Origin: an uncultured bacterium
Lineage (GTDB): Bacteria; Zixibacteria; MSB-5A5; CAIYYT01
Assembly: GCA_963726455.1 (NCBI GenBank)
Contig: CAVSCK010000004.1
Coordinates: forward strand, 224,001 to 288,000
Length of the DNA stretch: 64,000 nucleotides
Direction: 5' to 3'
Shown: piece after piece, positions 1 through 10,041 of the stretch
How the letters are laid out: each line of letters starts with the position of its first letter
How positions within the stretch are numbered: position 1 is the first letter of the stretch
The notes under the pieces: model-generated
The model's input: only the letters and a program-made list of their open reading frames with translations
What the model was told of the DNA's origin: nothing
Databases searched by the model: none
Position numbers and translations under genes: made by a program

Positions 1-1
1 G

Positions 2-508
2 ATTATCCAGAAATTCGTGGATCGCGCGCGCGGCGGAAAGGGGATCAAGGTTGAAGGACTGACCAATATGATGTTTCGTTTTGCGCGGTGTTGCCAGCCG
101 GTGCCGGGAGAAAAGATAGTTGGATTTATCACGCGCGGGCGCGGGCTGACAATTCATCGACAGGATTGTGTCAACGCTTTTATCGCTGCGCAGGAGCCGG
201 AGCGGCGAGTCGAGGTATCCTGGGACGTCGGTCCGGGACAGGGATTTTTGGTGCGGCTGGCAGTTGTAGTGGAATATCGCAAGAATATTCTATATGATAT
301 CACGGAAGTGATTTCGAACACCGACGCTGAAGTACGCGGCGCGGAACTGAAATCGGGCGAAGCGGCTTCGGTGGCGCATTTTGTCGTGGAGATAAAAAAC
401 ATCTCGCACCTGAACCGCGTGATTGAAAATATCCGCAAGAAGATCAAGGGCGTGATCAAGATCGATCGCGCTTTTGGTGGCGATAGCGAACCGTCAGAGG
501 AAAGTTGA
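2..508 (+). CDS. relA: RelA/SpoT (p)ppGpp synthetase/hydrolase, C-terminal part (ZFD + ACT domains); 5' end lies outside the window
   Basis: FARCCQPVPGEKIVGFITRGRGLTIHRQDC zinc-finger motif followed by an ACT-like domain; reading frame is open from base 2. Confidence 0.93.
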   Translation: MIQKFVDRARGGKGIKVEGLTNMMFRFARCCQPVPGEKIVGFITRGRGLTIHRQDCVNAFIAAQEPERRVEVSWDVGPGQGFLVRLAVVVEYRKNILYDITEVISNTDAEVRGAELKSGEAASVAHFVVEIKNISHLNRVIENIRKKIKGVIKIDRAFGGDSEPSEES

Positions 509-513
509 CTAAC

Positions 514-1122
514 ATGACCGAACAACAATGTCCCAAGTGCGGAGCGCCGCGCCAACCGCAACATCTGTTTTGTCCGAGTTGCGGCTTCAGTTACGAGAAG
601 AAGAAGAAATCTGTCAAGCCGGTCGCGAAGTCCGGAAAGAATCCCGTGAGGGAGATCGTCATAATTGCAGTCGCGGTCATATTGACGGCGGTTGTCTACG
701 CGGCAGTGTCATCGATGATGCACGGAGGAAAGCCGGAAGCTGCGAAGCCGGAGACTATGGCAGGCAAACCAATGCTGCAGGATTTGGTTCAGGCCGGCAA
801 CGATTACATGGATCACCAAGTATGGGACAAAGCCATCGCACAATACGAGCAGGCACTAATGCTTGACACTTTGCAGCCAGACGTGATGGTCGATCTCGGC
901 GCCTGCTATCATGCTATCGGTGAGAATGAGAAAGCCGCGTTTCAGTTTCAGCGGGCTCTAAAGCAGAATCCCAGACACCAGATTGCCCTGTTCAACCTGG
1001 GCATAGTGGCGATGACGATCGGCGATACTGCCGGAGCGCGAAGCTGGTGGACGAAGTATCTGGCGGTGGGTACCGACTCACAGCAGGTGAAAATGGTTCG
1101 CGAACAGTTAAGCAAGCTGTAA
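514..1122 (+). CDS. Zinc-ribbon + single TM + TPR membrane protein
   Basis: CPKC..CPSC N-terminus, hydrophobic IVIIAVAVILTAVVYAAV segment, TPR-like repeats; ATG at 514 (TTG at 505 is an alternative). Confidence 0.8.
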   Translation: MTEQQCPKCGAPRQPQHLFCPSCGFSYEKKKKSVKPVAKSGKNPVREIVIIAVAVILTAVVYAAVSSMMHGGKPEAAKPETMAGKPMLQDLVQAGNDYMDHQVWDKAIAQYEQALMLDTLQPDVMVDLGACYHAIGENEKAAFQFQRALKQNPRHQIALFNLGIVAMTIGDTAGARSWWTKYLAVGTDSQQVKMVREQLSKL

Positions 1123-1126
1123 CGTT

Positions 1127-1915
1127 TTGTCCGACTCGACGGAAATCACGCTCAGGTCACTGCTATCCGATCTGCTTGATTTTGTCTATCCTCCCCAATG
1201 TCAAATCTGTAAGAAAGGGTTCGTCGCCGTCGACGAAAATATCTGGCTGTGCGATGCCTGCCGCAAGTTGATGCAGGAATTGCCGTCGCCGGTCTGCCCG
1301 GTGTGTCGGGCGCCGGTTCCTGATCCAAATCGCTCATGTCACAAATGCCGGCGGCTGGTCGCGCTCAAGTGGCTGTATTCGCTGGGGATGTATGACGAAC
1401 ATTATTCGCACCTGATCAAAGCGTTCAAGTACACTCCAAAACCGGATTTGGGAAAGTATCTGGCGAAGATGCTGGCGGACAGACTCAGGGAGTTTCCACA
1501 CCTCAAGGCCATTGACGCGGTCTGCGCAGTGCCGATCCATGAAGGAAAGGAATCGAAACGGGGGTTCAATCAATCGGAAATTATCGCTCGGATCGTCGCG
1601 ACAGAATTGGAGCTTGCGTACGAATCGGGGCAACTGGTGCAGGCGGAGAAGAATCGCGATCAGATCGGTCTGAATCTTGAAGAACGTTTTCGGAACGTGC
1701 AGGGAATTTACTCGACGGCGGAGGATTTCGTTCTCAAAGACAAGGCGGTCTTGCTGATAGATGATGTGACAACGTCCGGCGCAACAATCAACTCGGCGGC
1801 AAGCGCCTTGCTCAAGGCCGGGTCCAAATCAGTTGCGGCGGCGACCTTGGCAATGGCGCTGGAAGACGGCCTTGATCCGGTGGCGCTGTATCAATTGATG
1901 TGGGAGGACTTCTAG
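1127..1915 (+). CDS. comF: ComF family protein (double zinc ribbon + phosphoribosyltransferase fold)
   Basis: LLDFVYPPQCQIC, CPVC, CHKC; RGFNQSE; LLIDDVTTSGATI. Confidence 0.9.
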   Translation: MSDSTEITLRSLLSDLLDFVYPPQCQICKKGFVAVDENIWLCDACRKLMQELPSPVCPVCRAPVPDPNRSCHKCRRLVALKWLYSLGMYDEHYSHLIKAFKYTPKPDLGKYLAKMLADRLREFPHLKAIDAVCAVPIHEGKESKRGFNQSEIIARIVATELELAYESGQLVQAEKNRDQIGLNLEERFRNVQGIYSTAEDFVLKDKAVLLIDDVTTSGATINSAASALLKAGSKSVAAATLAMALEDGLDPVALYQLMWEDF

Positions 1916-1916
1916 G

Positions 1917-2831
1917 ATGCTGGAAGAAGTCGGGCTGTTCCTCAACTTCCTTGCGCTGGAAAAGAATCTCAGGGAGAAAAGCATAATCGCGTATCGCCAC
2001 GACACCGAGCAGTTGGCGCAGTTCATAAAGCATCTGGGGTTCAAGTCATGGGGTGAAGTGACGCGTTCGGCAGTTGTCGATTATGTCGCGACCCAAAGTC
2101 AGCTTGGTCTGGCGCCAACATCGATTGCGAGAAGGATGTCATCGCTGCGGAGTTTCTTTCGGTTCCTGATCAGGGAGCGGATTATCTCGGGCAACCCGGC
2201 GGCGCATATTCAGTCGCCACGACTCTACCGAAATTTGCCGGTAGTTCTGACGGTGAAAGAGATCGAGAGGATTCTTGGCAAGATCAATCTTGACGAACGG
2301 AACGGCCTGCGCGATCGCGCGATCATCGAGGTGCTGTATGGTTCGGGATTGAGACTGTCGGAATTGATAAACCTCAAGTGCTCCAATCTGTATCTGGAAA
2401 TCGGCCACCTCAGAATCATGGGTAAAGGCGGCAAGGAACGCATCGTACCGATCGGCGAGGAAGCGATTGCGTGCACCCAGCGATACATGGAGGAAGAACG
2501 GCCCAAATTGGCGGGAGAGAAATCGCAGGATGCACTGTTTCTAAATCGCTTCGGGCGGTCGTTTTCCAGCATGGGGCTTTTCAATTTGATACACAAGCGG
2601 GTGGCGGCCGCCGGGATCACGAAAGCCGTTACGCCGCATACGTTTCGCCATAGTTTCGCCAGCCATTTGATTGAGGGGGGGGCCTCTCTGCGCGCTGTGC
2701 AGGAAATGCTCGGACATGCCGATATTAGTACTACGCAGATCTACACCCAATTGGATCGTTCGTACCTGAAGTCTGTGCATAAAGAGTACCATCCGCGCGA
2801 GAGGAAAATCAGTGGAGGTCGTCACAAGTAA
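1917..2831 (+). CDS. xerD: Site-specific tyrosine recombinase XerD
   Basis: RDRAIIEVLYGSGLRLSEL, GKGGKERIVP, TPHTFRHSFASHL, QEMLGHADISTTQIYT. Confidence 0.92.
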   Translation: MLEEVGLFLNFLALEKNLREKSIIAYRHDTEQLAQFIKHLGFKSWGEVTRSAVVDYVATQSQLGLAPTSIARRMSSLRSFFRFLIRERIISGNPAAHIQSPRLYRNLPVVLTVKEIERILGKINLDERNGLRDRAIIEVLYGSGLRLSELINLKCSNLYLEIGHLRIMGKGGKERIVPIGEEAIACTQRYMEEERPKLAGEKSQDALFLNRFGRSFSSMGLFNLIHKRVAAAGITKAVTPHTFRHSFASHLIEGGASLRAVQEMLGHADISTTQIYTQLDRSYLKSVHKEYHPRERKISGGRHK

Positions 2832-3804
2832 ACAGAATTTCCTGAATACATTTCCTCTCCCCAAACAGATAAAGCGCGCAGCGAACAGCGTTGCCCTGTA
2901 TGACGAGGTCGGCGAAGCGACGCAACTACTGATGGGGGTTCCGGGATGGCAGGAAATGCTGATCTTCAACTTCCGCGAGTTGGAAGACCTGTTCAAAATC
3001 TCCCTGCGCCACAAGATCGACTTCATTCTTCTCTACCTGAATTCCGGCCTGCCAAAAGCCATCGAGTTCGTGCGGGCGATCAACACGCATATGGCACTTT
3101 CAACGCTGCCGACGGTGATCTATCACAAGAATCCGACGCGCGACGAAATCAAGGTCGGTATGCAAGCGGGTGCTGATGACTACCTGTGGGGTGCTTGGGA
3201 CGGCGAGCTGTTTCAGTTGCGAATCAAGATGATCCATGAAAACTCCAAACGTGATATCGGCGTGAACCCGACCTCCGAGTTGCCGGGGCCGATTCTGATA
3301 GAGCAGGAGATCAAACAACGGCTGGAAAATCACGAAGAGTTTGCGGTTTGCTACCTGGACATCGACAATTTCAAGGCCTATAACGACTATCGGGGTTATT
3401 TCTACGGCGACCGCACGATTCGGCTGGTGGCGCACATCATCCGTGATATTGTTTCGGATCTATCGCCGGGGAGTTTTGTCGGTCACATTGGCGGTGATGA
3501 CTTTCTGTTCCTGCTGCCCTCGGGAGATGTCGATCCGGTCTGCTCGAACATCATCAAGACGTTCGACCGGATAATCCCGGCGCGTTATGAAGAGGACGAC
3601 CGCAACCGCGGTCAGATAGTGACTACCAACCGACGCGGCGAGACGGAAGTATATGGTCTGCTGACGATTTCGATTGCGGTGCTGATCGCCAACGGGTCAT
3701 TCAATCATCTGGGCGAGATGTCCCACATGCTCGCCGACTTGAAGTCCTACATCAAGAGTCTTTCCGGCTCGAACTATGTGATCGAGAGGCGGAAGAAGTA
3801 TTGA
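2812..3804 (+). CDS. Diguanylate cyclase with degenerate N-terminal receiver-like domain
   Basis: YLDIDNFKAYNDYRGYFYGD and HIGGDDF; GADDYL receiver remnant; start uncertain. Confidence 0.85.
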   Translation: MEVVTSKQNFLNTFPLPKQIKRAANSVALYDEVGEATQLLMGVPGWQEMLIFNFRELEDLFKISLRHKIDFILLYLNSGLPKAIEFVRAINTHMALSTLPTVIYHKNPTRDEIKVGMQAGADDYLWGAWDGELFQLRIKMIHENSKRDIGVNPTSELPGPILIEQEIKQRLENHEEFAVCYLDIDNFKAYNDYRGYFYGDRTIRLVAHIIRDIVSDLSPGSFVGHIGGDDFLFLLPSGDVDPVCSNIIKTFDRIIPARYEEDDRNRGQIVTTNRRGETEVYGLLTISIAVLIANGSFNHLGEMSHMLADLKSYIKSLSGSNYVIERRKKY

Positions 3805-3896
3805 TCCCCGCCCGGACCATCAAATAGAAAGGTCGAAACCGTGAAGGTTCCGACCTACTCAATGGTTGCAATGAACTGTGCGAAAAAATCGCGCTG

Positions 3897-6027
3897 TTAT
3901 GCTTTGCCGTTACTCTTGCTGGCGATACCGACGCGATAGAGGGCAAACCCGATCACGACAAAGAAGATCAGCGCCCACCAATCCGCCGTCGCGAGCAGCC
4001 CCATTGATCCGGAAATGTCTATCGCTGTATCCCAGTGCTTGCCGCTCAGGTTGGACGAAAGAGTAAGGAAAGCGAGCAGAACGCCCATAAGTGCTCCGCC
4101 AGCTATGTAGCCGGAAGACATAAGTACGCCGGGCGAAAACTCGGCCTCTGATCCGGACGTCTTGCGCCTTTTGTCGACCAGCGCCCGTACGACGCCACCC
4201 GCCATGATCGGCATCGACGCTGATATCGGCAGATAGAGCCCGACCGCAAATGGCAAGGATGATACTCCTACAAGTTCCATAACGAGCGCCAGAAACACTC
4301 CGATTAGCACGAGTCCCCACGGAAGCTTCTGCGTGAGAATGCCGTCGATAATCATGCTAAACAGTCGCGCCTTGGGGGCATCGAATTTCTCGACCGGTTT
4401 GCCGTCAACTTTAGACACCACACCGGCTATGCCCGGGTCAACCAGATACTTGATATGATTGGAATCGTCTACGAGATACTTCCCGACGAGAACATTGCCG
4501 GTTTGCTCGGTGACGTAATCTACACGATATTCCTTGCCGTCCGGCCCCTTCTGATGGGGAGAGTCTTCCGGCATTGTGGCTACGTAATCAGAATATGATG
4601 CCGGCACGACAGTAGTATAAGCGTCGTTCAAGAGAATGACGATAGCACCAATGACTAGTGCACTGGAAATGACGCCAACCATGATTGAAAGCTGTTGGTA
4701 TTTTGGTGTGGCGCCGACGAGGAAGCCGGTCTTGAGGTCCTGGCTGATTGTGCCGCCGTTGGATGCCGCAATACAAACAATCGCGGCAGTACAGAGCGCC
4801 ATCGCACGGTAGGAGACTCCAGTCCAACCAACAGCCAGGAACAACAAACATGTGATAAGCAATGTTGCTACGGTCATTCCCGATATCGGATTGGATGATG
4901 ACCCGATTTCGCCGGTAATGCGACTCGATACCGTCACGAAGAAAAATCCGAACAGGACAATCAGCACAGCGGAGATGGCGTTGATGTGCAGAATCGGCGC
5001 CGCCCAGATGGCAATCACCAGTCCGATCGAACCGAAAACCACTACCGACAACGGCAAATCATGTTCGGTGCGCAACGGTTTCTCCTGCGAGGCGCCTGCC
5101 TTTCGTGAAGCGAGGAAGGTGCTGAAACCGCGCCGGAAAGCCGAGATGATGGTCGGGAAGGATTTGATCAGACTGATAATGCCGCCGGTTGCTACTGCGC
5201 CGGCTCCAATGTAAAGGACGTAGGCATTGCGAACGTCATCGGGCTGCATGGTACTTATCAGTTGTGTTGCCGGGAACATGATCTTGTCGACGCCCTCGCC
5301 GAAGATTTTGATCGCGGGTATCAATATCAGATACGAAAGCATGCCTCCAGCCAGCATGTTGGCGGAGACTTTGGGCCCGATAATGTAGCCGACGCCCAGA
5401 AGCTCCGGCGTAATTTCGGCCGATACCGATGCGCCTTTGAAAAAGTTGAGCATACGGGTCGGCGTATCAGCCCAGAGCTTGAGGCCGGTATTAAGAAATT
5501 TGTAGATGAAACCCACACCAAAACCGAGGAACACGGTCTTGGCGGTTGTGCCGCTTTTCTCGCCGACGATCAATACATCGGCGCAGGCGGTGCCTTCGGG
5601 ATAGGCCAGTTTGCCATGCTCTTTGACGATCAAGCCCTGCCGCAGAGGAATCATCATCAGTACGCCAAGCATACCACCAAGTAGCGACATCACCAGAATC
5701 GGCAGGAAGTTCATTTCCATTCCCAACAAGCAGAAATACCGGCATAGTCGTCGCAACACCGAAAGCGATCGATTCACCGGCGGAACCGGTGGTCTGCACG
5801 ATGTTGTTTTCGAGAATGGTCGGGCGGCCGAACAGGCGGAAGAGAGTGATCGATAGTACGGCCACGGGAATCGAGGCGCTGACAGTCATGCCGACTTTGA
5901 GGGCGAGATAGACCGACGACGCGGCGAATACGATTCCGAGTACGGCGCCGATGAGTACCGCGCGGAACGTGAATTCGCGCTGGGTCTCGAAGGGGGAAAT
6001 AAAAGGTTTGAAATCAGATTGTGACAT
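3897..6027 (-). CDS. OPT family oligopeptide transporter, split by a +1 frameshift near 5722-5730
   Basis: N-terminal ORF ([23 protein letters not shown]) joins C-terminal ORF ([32 protein letters not shown]) if one base is removed. Confidence 0.88.
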
Positions 6028-6299
6028 AGATTGCGCTCTTCAGGTTGTGGTGAAGCATCATTACGGGCAATATTCAAAATCGGTCGCTGATATGCAATTA
6101 CAATTAGCGGGGAAGGGAAGGTTTCCGGATTGCCATCGGGAGCAACAATTGTGATGTGATAATCGCAAAAAAAGTAGAAGATTTGTATTGACGTTGGGGG
6201 GCGGAGCGCGTCATATTTGTAAGGAGACTCGTGATTATGCGAGATGAAAAGGGAATCGCGAATAATTGGGTGGGAATATTTGGCCATTGGCGGCTGTAG

Positions 6300-7250
6300 G
6301 TGTTACAGATAATATTTCGGCGTACGGTTCGGGTAGGCAGCGGAATGTATAAGCTCCCGCAAATTTACTTGTTCTGTTCTTGGCTAGTCCTATGTACCCT
6401 TATTTTGACGACTGACACGACTTACGGTCAAGTAAGGCCGAACCTCAAGGTCTGGATGGAGACTCCGCTGACTCAGTACCCTTTTTGTGCGGACATTAAT
6501 CTTCACTTGTATGTTGTAAATACTGGTGCGACTCAGGCCCTTGTGCCCTTCGTTGACGAAACGACTCGACGCGAACTCAAGTTGGTGGTTCGAAACGACA
6601 GCGACTCTGCTCTGGAGTATGAGGGACTGTCAGACCCGATTCAGGCCGAACCCGTCCACTTGGCACCGGGTGACACTACCGTCTTTTCAATAAACATTGT
6701 TGACGGCTATGGAAGGGAAGCACATGGGCGAACGTATCCGATGTCGATACCGACGGGACTATACCAAGTCTCAGGAACGTTTCTTAAAGACTTTCCGTTG
6801 AGGCCGGTCACCTTCGAGGTGACTCCACTGACGAAGGACGAAGAAGTCATGCTTGCTAAATTCACCAAAGAATGGTACGCACCTGCGGATGGCGACCGAA
6901 ACTTGCGGCGGTCTCGTGAGATATTTCGAGCTTATTCCGGATCGCCCTTCTGCGCTCTCTTCGGGCGTCTTGTCTTTGATGAACAATCCAGCCAAAAAGT
7001 GTTCGCAGAGGAATTGCCGCTGGATGCGACCTTAGTCCTGGACAATTGCCCCAACGGATTTGCCACCGTGATGGCGTTTTCGATACTGCTTAGGTCGGGA
7101 GGTGACAATGTGTTTAGAAAGACGATGAGCGAGCATGCGTCGGTGCTAAAAAATACCTATGCTCGCCTTTGCCTCAAAGAAGTCCTCCGCCATCACAAGA
7201 AGATGTATCTTTACGACGAGGTGATAAAAGATGTGGCGAATAGTCATTAG
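6300..7250 (+). CDS. Hypothetical exported protein (Ig-like N-terminal half, helical C-terminal half); start may be ATG at 6345
   Basis: 316-aa ORF with signal-like hydrophobic N-terminus; an adjacent degenerate paralog supports that it is coding. Confidence 0.7.
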   Translation: MLQIIFRRTVRVGSGMYKLPQIYLFCSWLVLCTLILTTDTTYGQVRPNLKVWMETPLTQYPFCADINLHLYVVNTGATQALVPFVDETTRRELKLVVRNDSDSALEYEGLSDPIQAEPVHLAPGDTTVFSINIVDGYGREAHGRTYPMSIPTGLYQVSGTFLKDFPLRPVTFEVTPLTKDEEVMLAKFTKEWYAPADGDRNLRRSREIFRAYSGSPFCALFGRLVFDEQSSQKVFAEELPLDATLVLDNCPNGFATVMAFSILLRSGGDNVFRKTMSEHASVLKNTYARLCLKEVLRHHKKMYLYDEVIKDVANSH

Positions 7251-8110
7251 TGGGTTGCTGGCGCTGGGCGCTGTCAACGCCGCGGCCGATAGAATCCAGA
7301 GAAGCCGGTGCAGTTGCGCGTGTGGTTTGAGACGCTAAGTCGGATTATAAGCTCTGCGAGGAGGTATGGATATACTTGTTTATCGTGAACGATGGAGTCG
7401 AGTCGGCTAAGATACTATGGTCGACGTTGAGGACCGAGGGGCACTGAAACTTGACGCTCCATTCGTGAGGGCGGAAGAGTGCAACTATAGCGGGTTGAGC
7501 CAGGGCACGGAAAAACCAGATGTCGTTGTATCGCCACGTGACACGGTTATGTTTCCCTCAGTGTAGCGCCGGATACAAAGGGCGGGCGGAAGAACAAGTA
7601 TCATGGGATTCGTCATGTGCGAATTCTCCGTGAAAGCAACTTATGCGGCGATTCGAGACCAATAAGGTTTCGTTTCGAGTGCTTCCGCTGGATAAGGTGG
7701 AGGAGGCGATTGTGCTCGATTACGTCGACATTGTCACGCTGAGGTTTTCGCGGCAAAAGCGGTAGAAGAATATATGGGAGTATTGAACAGGTCAACCAAC
7801 GCCCGATCGCAGCCACTTGGCGAGTATCGATTGTTCTTGGCAATTCGTCTCCGCAAGCGATACCAGGGGCATTTAGAAATTCGTTCACCAAGAACCCAAA
7901 TTCACTGTATCGGCGACGGTGCAACTTACGTCGCGTTTTGTTACAGTGGACCAGATCGCTAGCCCGTCGCCGAAACGAAATCTTATTGGAACACGCAGAG
8001 CGTGCTCAGCAGAAGTACGTGCGATTTATGCTTTGGTTGGGAAGTCGCTGGGGAAGTCTTACCTCGTTACGGAGATAGCGACTGCGAAATCACAGAATCC
8101 GGATTGCTTC
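7250..8110 (+). pseudogene. Multiply frameshifted tandem paralog of 6300..7250
   Basis: Fragments in shifting frames (VQLRVWFETL / DYKLCEEVWIYLFIVNDG / VDVEDRGALKL..YSGLS..VSPRDTVMF / EHA..KYVRFML / GKSYLVTEI) match NLKVWMETPL / QYPFCADINLHLYVVNTG / VDETTRRELKL..YEGLS..LAPGDTTVF / EHA..TYARLCL / KKMYLYDEV; boundaries approximate. Confidence 0.78.
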
Positions 8111-8533
8111 GGTACTGGCAGCCGTTACGCTCTTTCCCGGGATGATCGCAATCCGAGCGTACAAGTCAAATCGACGAACTTAGCGAAACGAGGGGCCAGA
8201 CGCTCATTAGACCCGTGGACTCGGAGGTCATTGTTTGCCAGCTCAGGCACGGCTCAAACCTGCAACCCGGAGTTTGAAGATATTCTTGTCGTTTGAATAA
8301 AATTTTGGCTTTTATGGGAACATCGAATTCCCGAGTTTGTAAGAAGGATTGAATACAGCAAGCGCAGTTATGGTTTATGCCATCTTATCAGGCGGGAGTA
8401 AAAATTGGCTATGTCTCTGTTCGCTGACCACGTACTGAGTATGAGTGGAACAAGCGAAGCGGTTTCCGGTTGTAGAAATGGCCTCGTTTGGGAATTTGAG
8501 GCAAACCCGGTTTATGCTACATCAGGAGGTTGG

Positions 8534-8833
8534 ATGGTGACACGCGAGACTGTAATCGAGACATTGAAAGACTGTTACGATCCGGAAATTCCGGTTAATA
8601 TTGTTGACCTTGGGCTGGTGTATGACATTCGGATTGCGGATCACCGGTTGGAGGTTGATTTTACGGTGACGGCTCCGGGTTGTGGCATGGCGTATACGAT
8701 CAAGGATGAAATCCACGCCAGACTGAGCGCGTTGGACGGCAACAGCGATGTCGTCGTAAACATCGTCTGGGAACCGGCTTGGACGCCGGACCGCATGTCG
8801 GAAGATGCCAAAAAGGCGCTTGGTTTTGGGTAG
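8534..8833 (+). CDS. Metal-sulfur cluster assembly factor (DUF59/SufT/MIP18 family)
   Basis: YDPEIPVNIVDLGLVY, TVTAPGC, VWEPAWTPDRMS; GGAGGT RBS before ATG 8534. Confidence 0.92.
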   Translation: MVTRETVIETLKDCYDPEIPVNIVDLGLVYDIRIADHRLEVDFTVTAPGCGMAYTIKDEIHARLSALDGNSDVVVNIVWEPAWTPDRMSEDAKKALGFG

Positions 8834-8843
8834 AAAATAGGAC

Positions 8844-8872
8844 TTGACAAAGAAGGAGGCAAAGAGTAGATT
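8844..8872 (+). promoter_or_regulatory. Sigma70-type promoter for the cohesin-CTD gene
   Basis: TTGACA-N17-TAGATT, about 180 nt upstream of ATG 9055. Confidence 0.6.
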
Positions 8873-9054
8873 GATACTGAGTTCAGGGTGCCCTCTCCAC
8901 CCATCTATTTAACGTATCTTTTTGGTTAGAAACAACATAGGACCTTCCGGGAAATACCCGCGAGTGACTTGCTAAATTGACCATTTTGTTTTCTCAATTT
9001 ATGGGTAACATAGCAGTCTGTTTTAACCTTAGCCCTGTGAGGGGGTGATTTTGG

Positions 9055-9909
9055 ATGAAGCGTTCAATCGCTCTTGCTCTCGCACTTCTTATGCTCGTTG
9101 TTCCCGCGATGGTTATGGCGAAGGATGCCGGCAATCGTGACGTTTTCAGAGTAGGCAAGGCGGAGTTTAGCTCCCCCACCGAGTTTACGGTGCCTCTCCA
9201 AGTGATTCATGATGAGGATCTAGCGGCGATGGATATCCCGCTTACGTTCTCCAAGGGTGTTACTCTTGATAAGGTGACTTTCGAAGGTACCGCCGTGGCT
9301 GGTTTTGACGAGAAGATCGCCAAGATCGACAACGAGAAGAATCAGGTAGTGATCGGATTGATCGGCATGGTGTATTCCCTTAAACCGGAAGCCAACCTGA
9401 AGCCGGCGGCCAATGGTGACAACACCATTGCCGTACTGCATTTCACGCTGAATGACCAAAATCTCAAGTCGGTTGAGATTACGCCATTCACGAATGCAGC
9501 GCCGAAACACGAACTGATGTACGTTTATAACGAGTGGGCCAATGACGTTCCGCACGTGCAGACTCTGAACCCGGATTTCCAGGGCGGCAGTATCGCTCTT
9601 GAATCACGGGCTCCGGGCGCCAATCTTCCGACGGACTTCGATCTGTCGCAGAACGTACCCAACCCGTTCAACCCCAGCACGCAGATTCAGTTTGCGCTGC
9701 CCAAGGACGCGCAGGTCAATCTGTCCGTTTACAACGTACTCGGACAGCATGTCACGACTTTGGTCAATGACTTTATGCGCGCCGGCATGCAGACCGTTAC
9801 CTGGGACGGTACTGATGCCTCCGGTACAACCGTAGCCTCGGGCGTGTACTTCTACAAGCTTCGCGCCGGTGATTTCACCGATACGAAGAAGATGCTGCTG
9901 CTCAAGTAA
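9055..9909 (+). CDS. Secreted protein: signal peptide + cohesin-like domain + FlgD-Ig/T9SS type A-like C-terminal sorting domain
   Basis: Sec signal; FTVPLQV..DLAAMDIPLTF..IDNEKNQVVIG..IAVLHFTL beta pattern; LSQNVPNPFNPST..WDG..ASGVYFYKL..KKMLLLK. Confidence 0.8.
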   Translation: MKRSIALALALLMLVVPAMVMAKDAGNRDVFRVGKAEFSSPTEFTVPLQVIHDEDLAAMDIPLTFSKGVTLDKVTFEGTAVAGFDEKIAKIDNEKNQVVIGLIGMVYSLKPEANLKPAANGDNTIAVLHFTLNDQNLKSVEITPFTNAAPKHELMYVYNEWANDVPHVQTLNPDFQGGSIALESRAPGANLPTDFDLSQNVPNPFNPSTQIQFALPKDAQVNLSVYNVLGQHVTTLVNDFMRAGMQTVTWDGTDASGTTVASGVYFYKLRAGDFTDTKKMLLLK

Positions 9910-9962
9910 TTGGTGATTGTTTGAGTAAAGGCAGGAAGTCTTAGCGAGACTTAATTAAAACC

Positions 9963-9996
9963 AAGACGCCCCGTGGGAAAGCCCGCGGGGCGTTTT
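9963..9996 (+). terminator. Intrinsic terminator between convergent genes
   Basis: AAGACGCCCCGTGGG-AAAG-CCCGCGGGGCGTTTT hairpin ending in a T tract. Confidence 0.8.
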
Positions 9997-10041
9997 AATT
10001 TGTGTGGTCTCTGATGGCCCGCAATCGAAGCTATGATCGAC

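Noticed and set aside
1917-2831. Tyrosine recombinase as a prophage or island integrase
   Set aside because: Size and motifs match housekeeping XerD; it sits among core genes with no att repeats or phage genes.
8099-8156. CGGATTGC...GCAATCCG inverted repeat as a REP or MITE
   Set aside because: Only 8-bp arms, single occurrence in the window, overlapping the end of the pseudogene.
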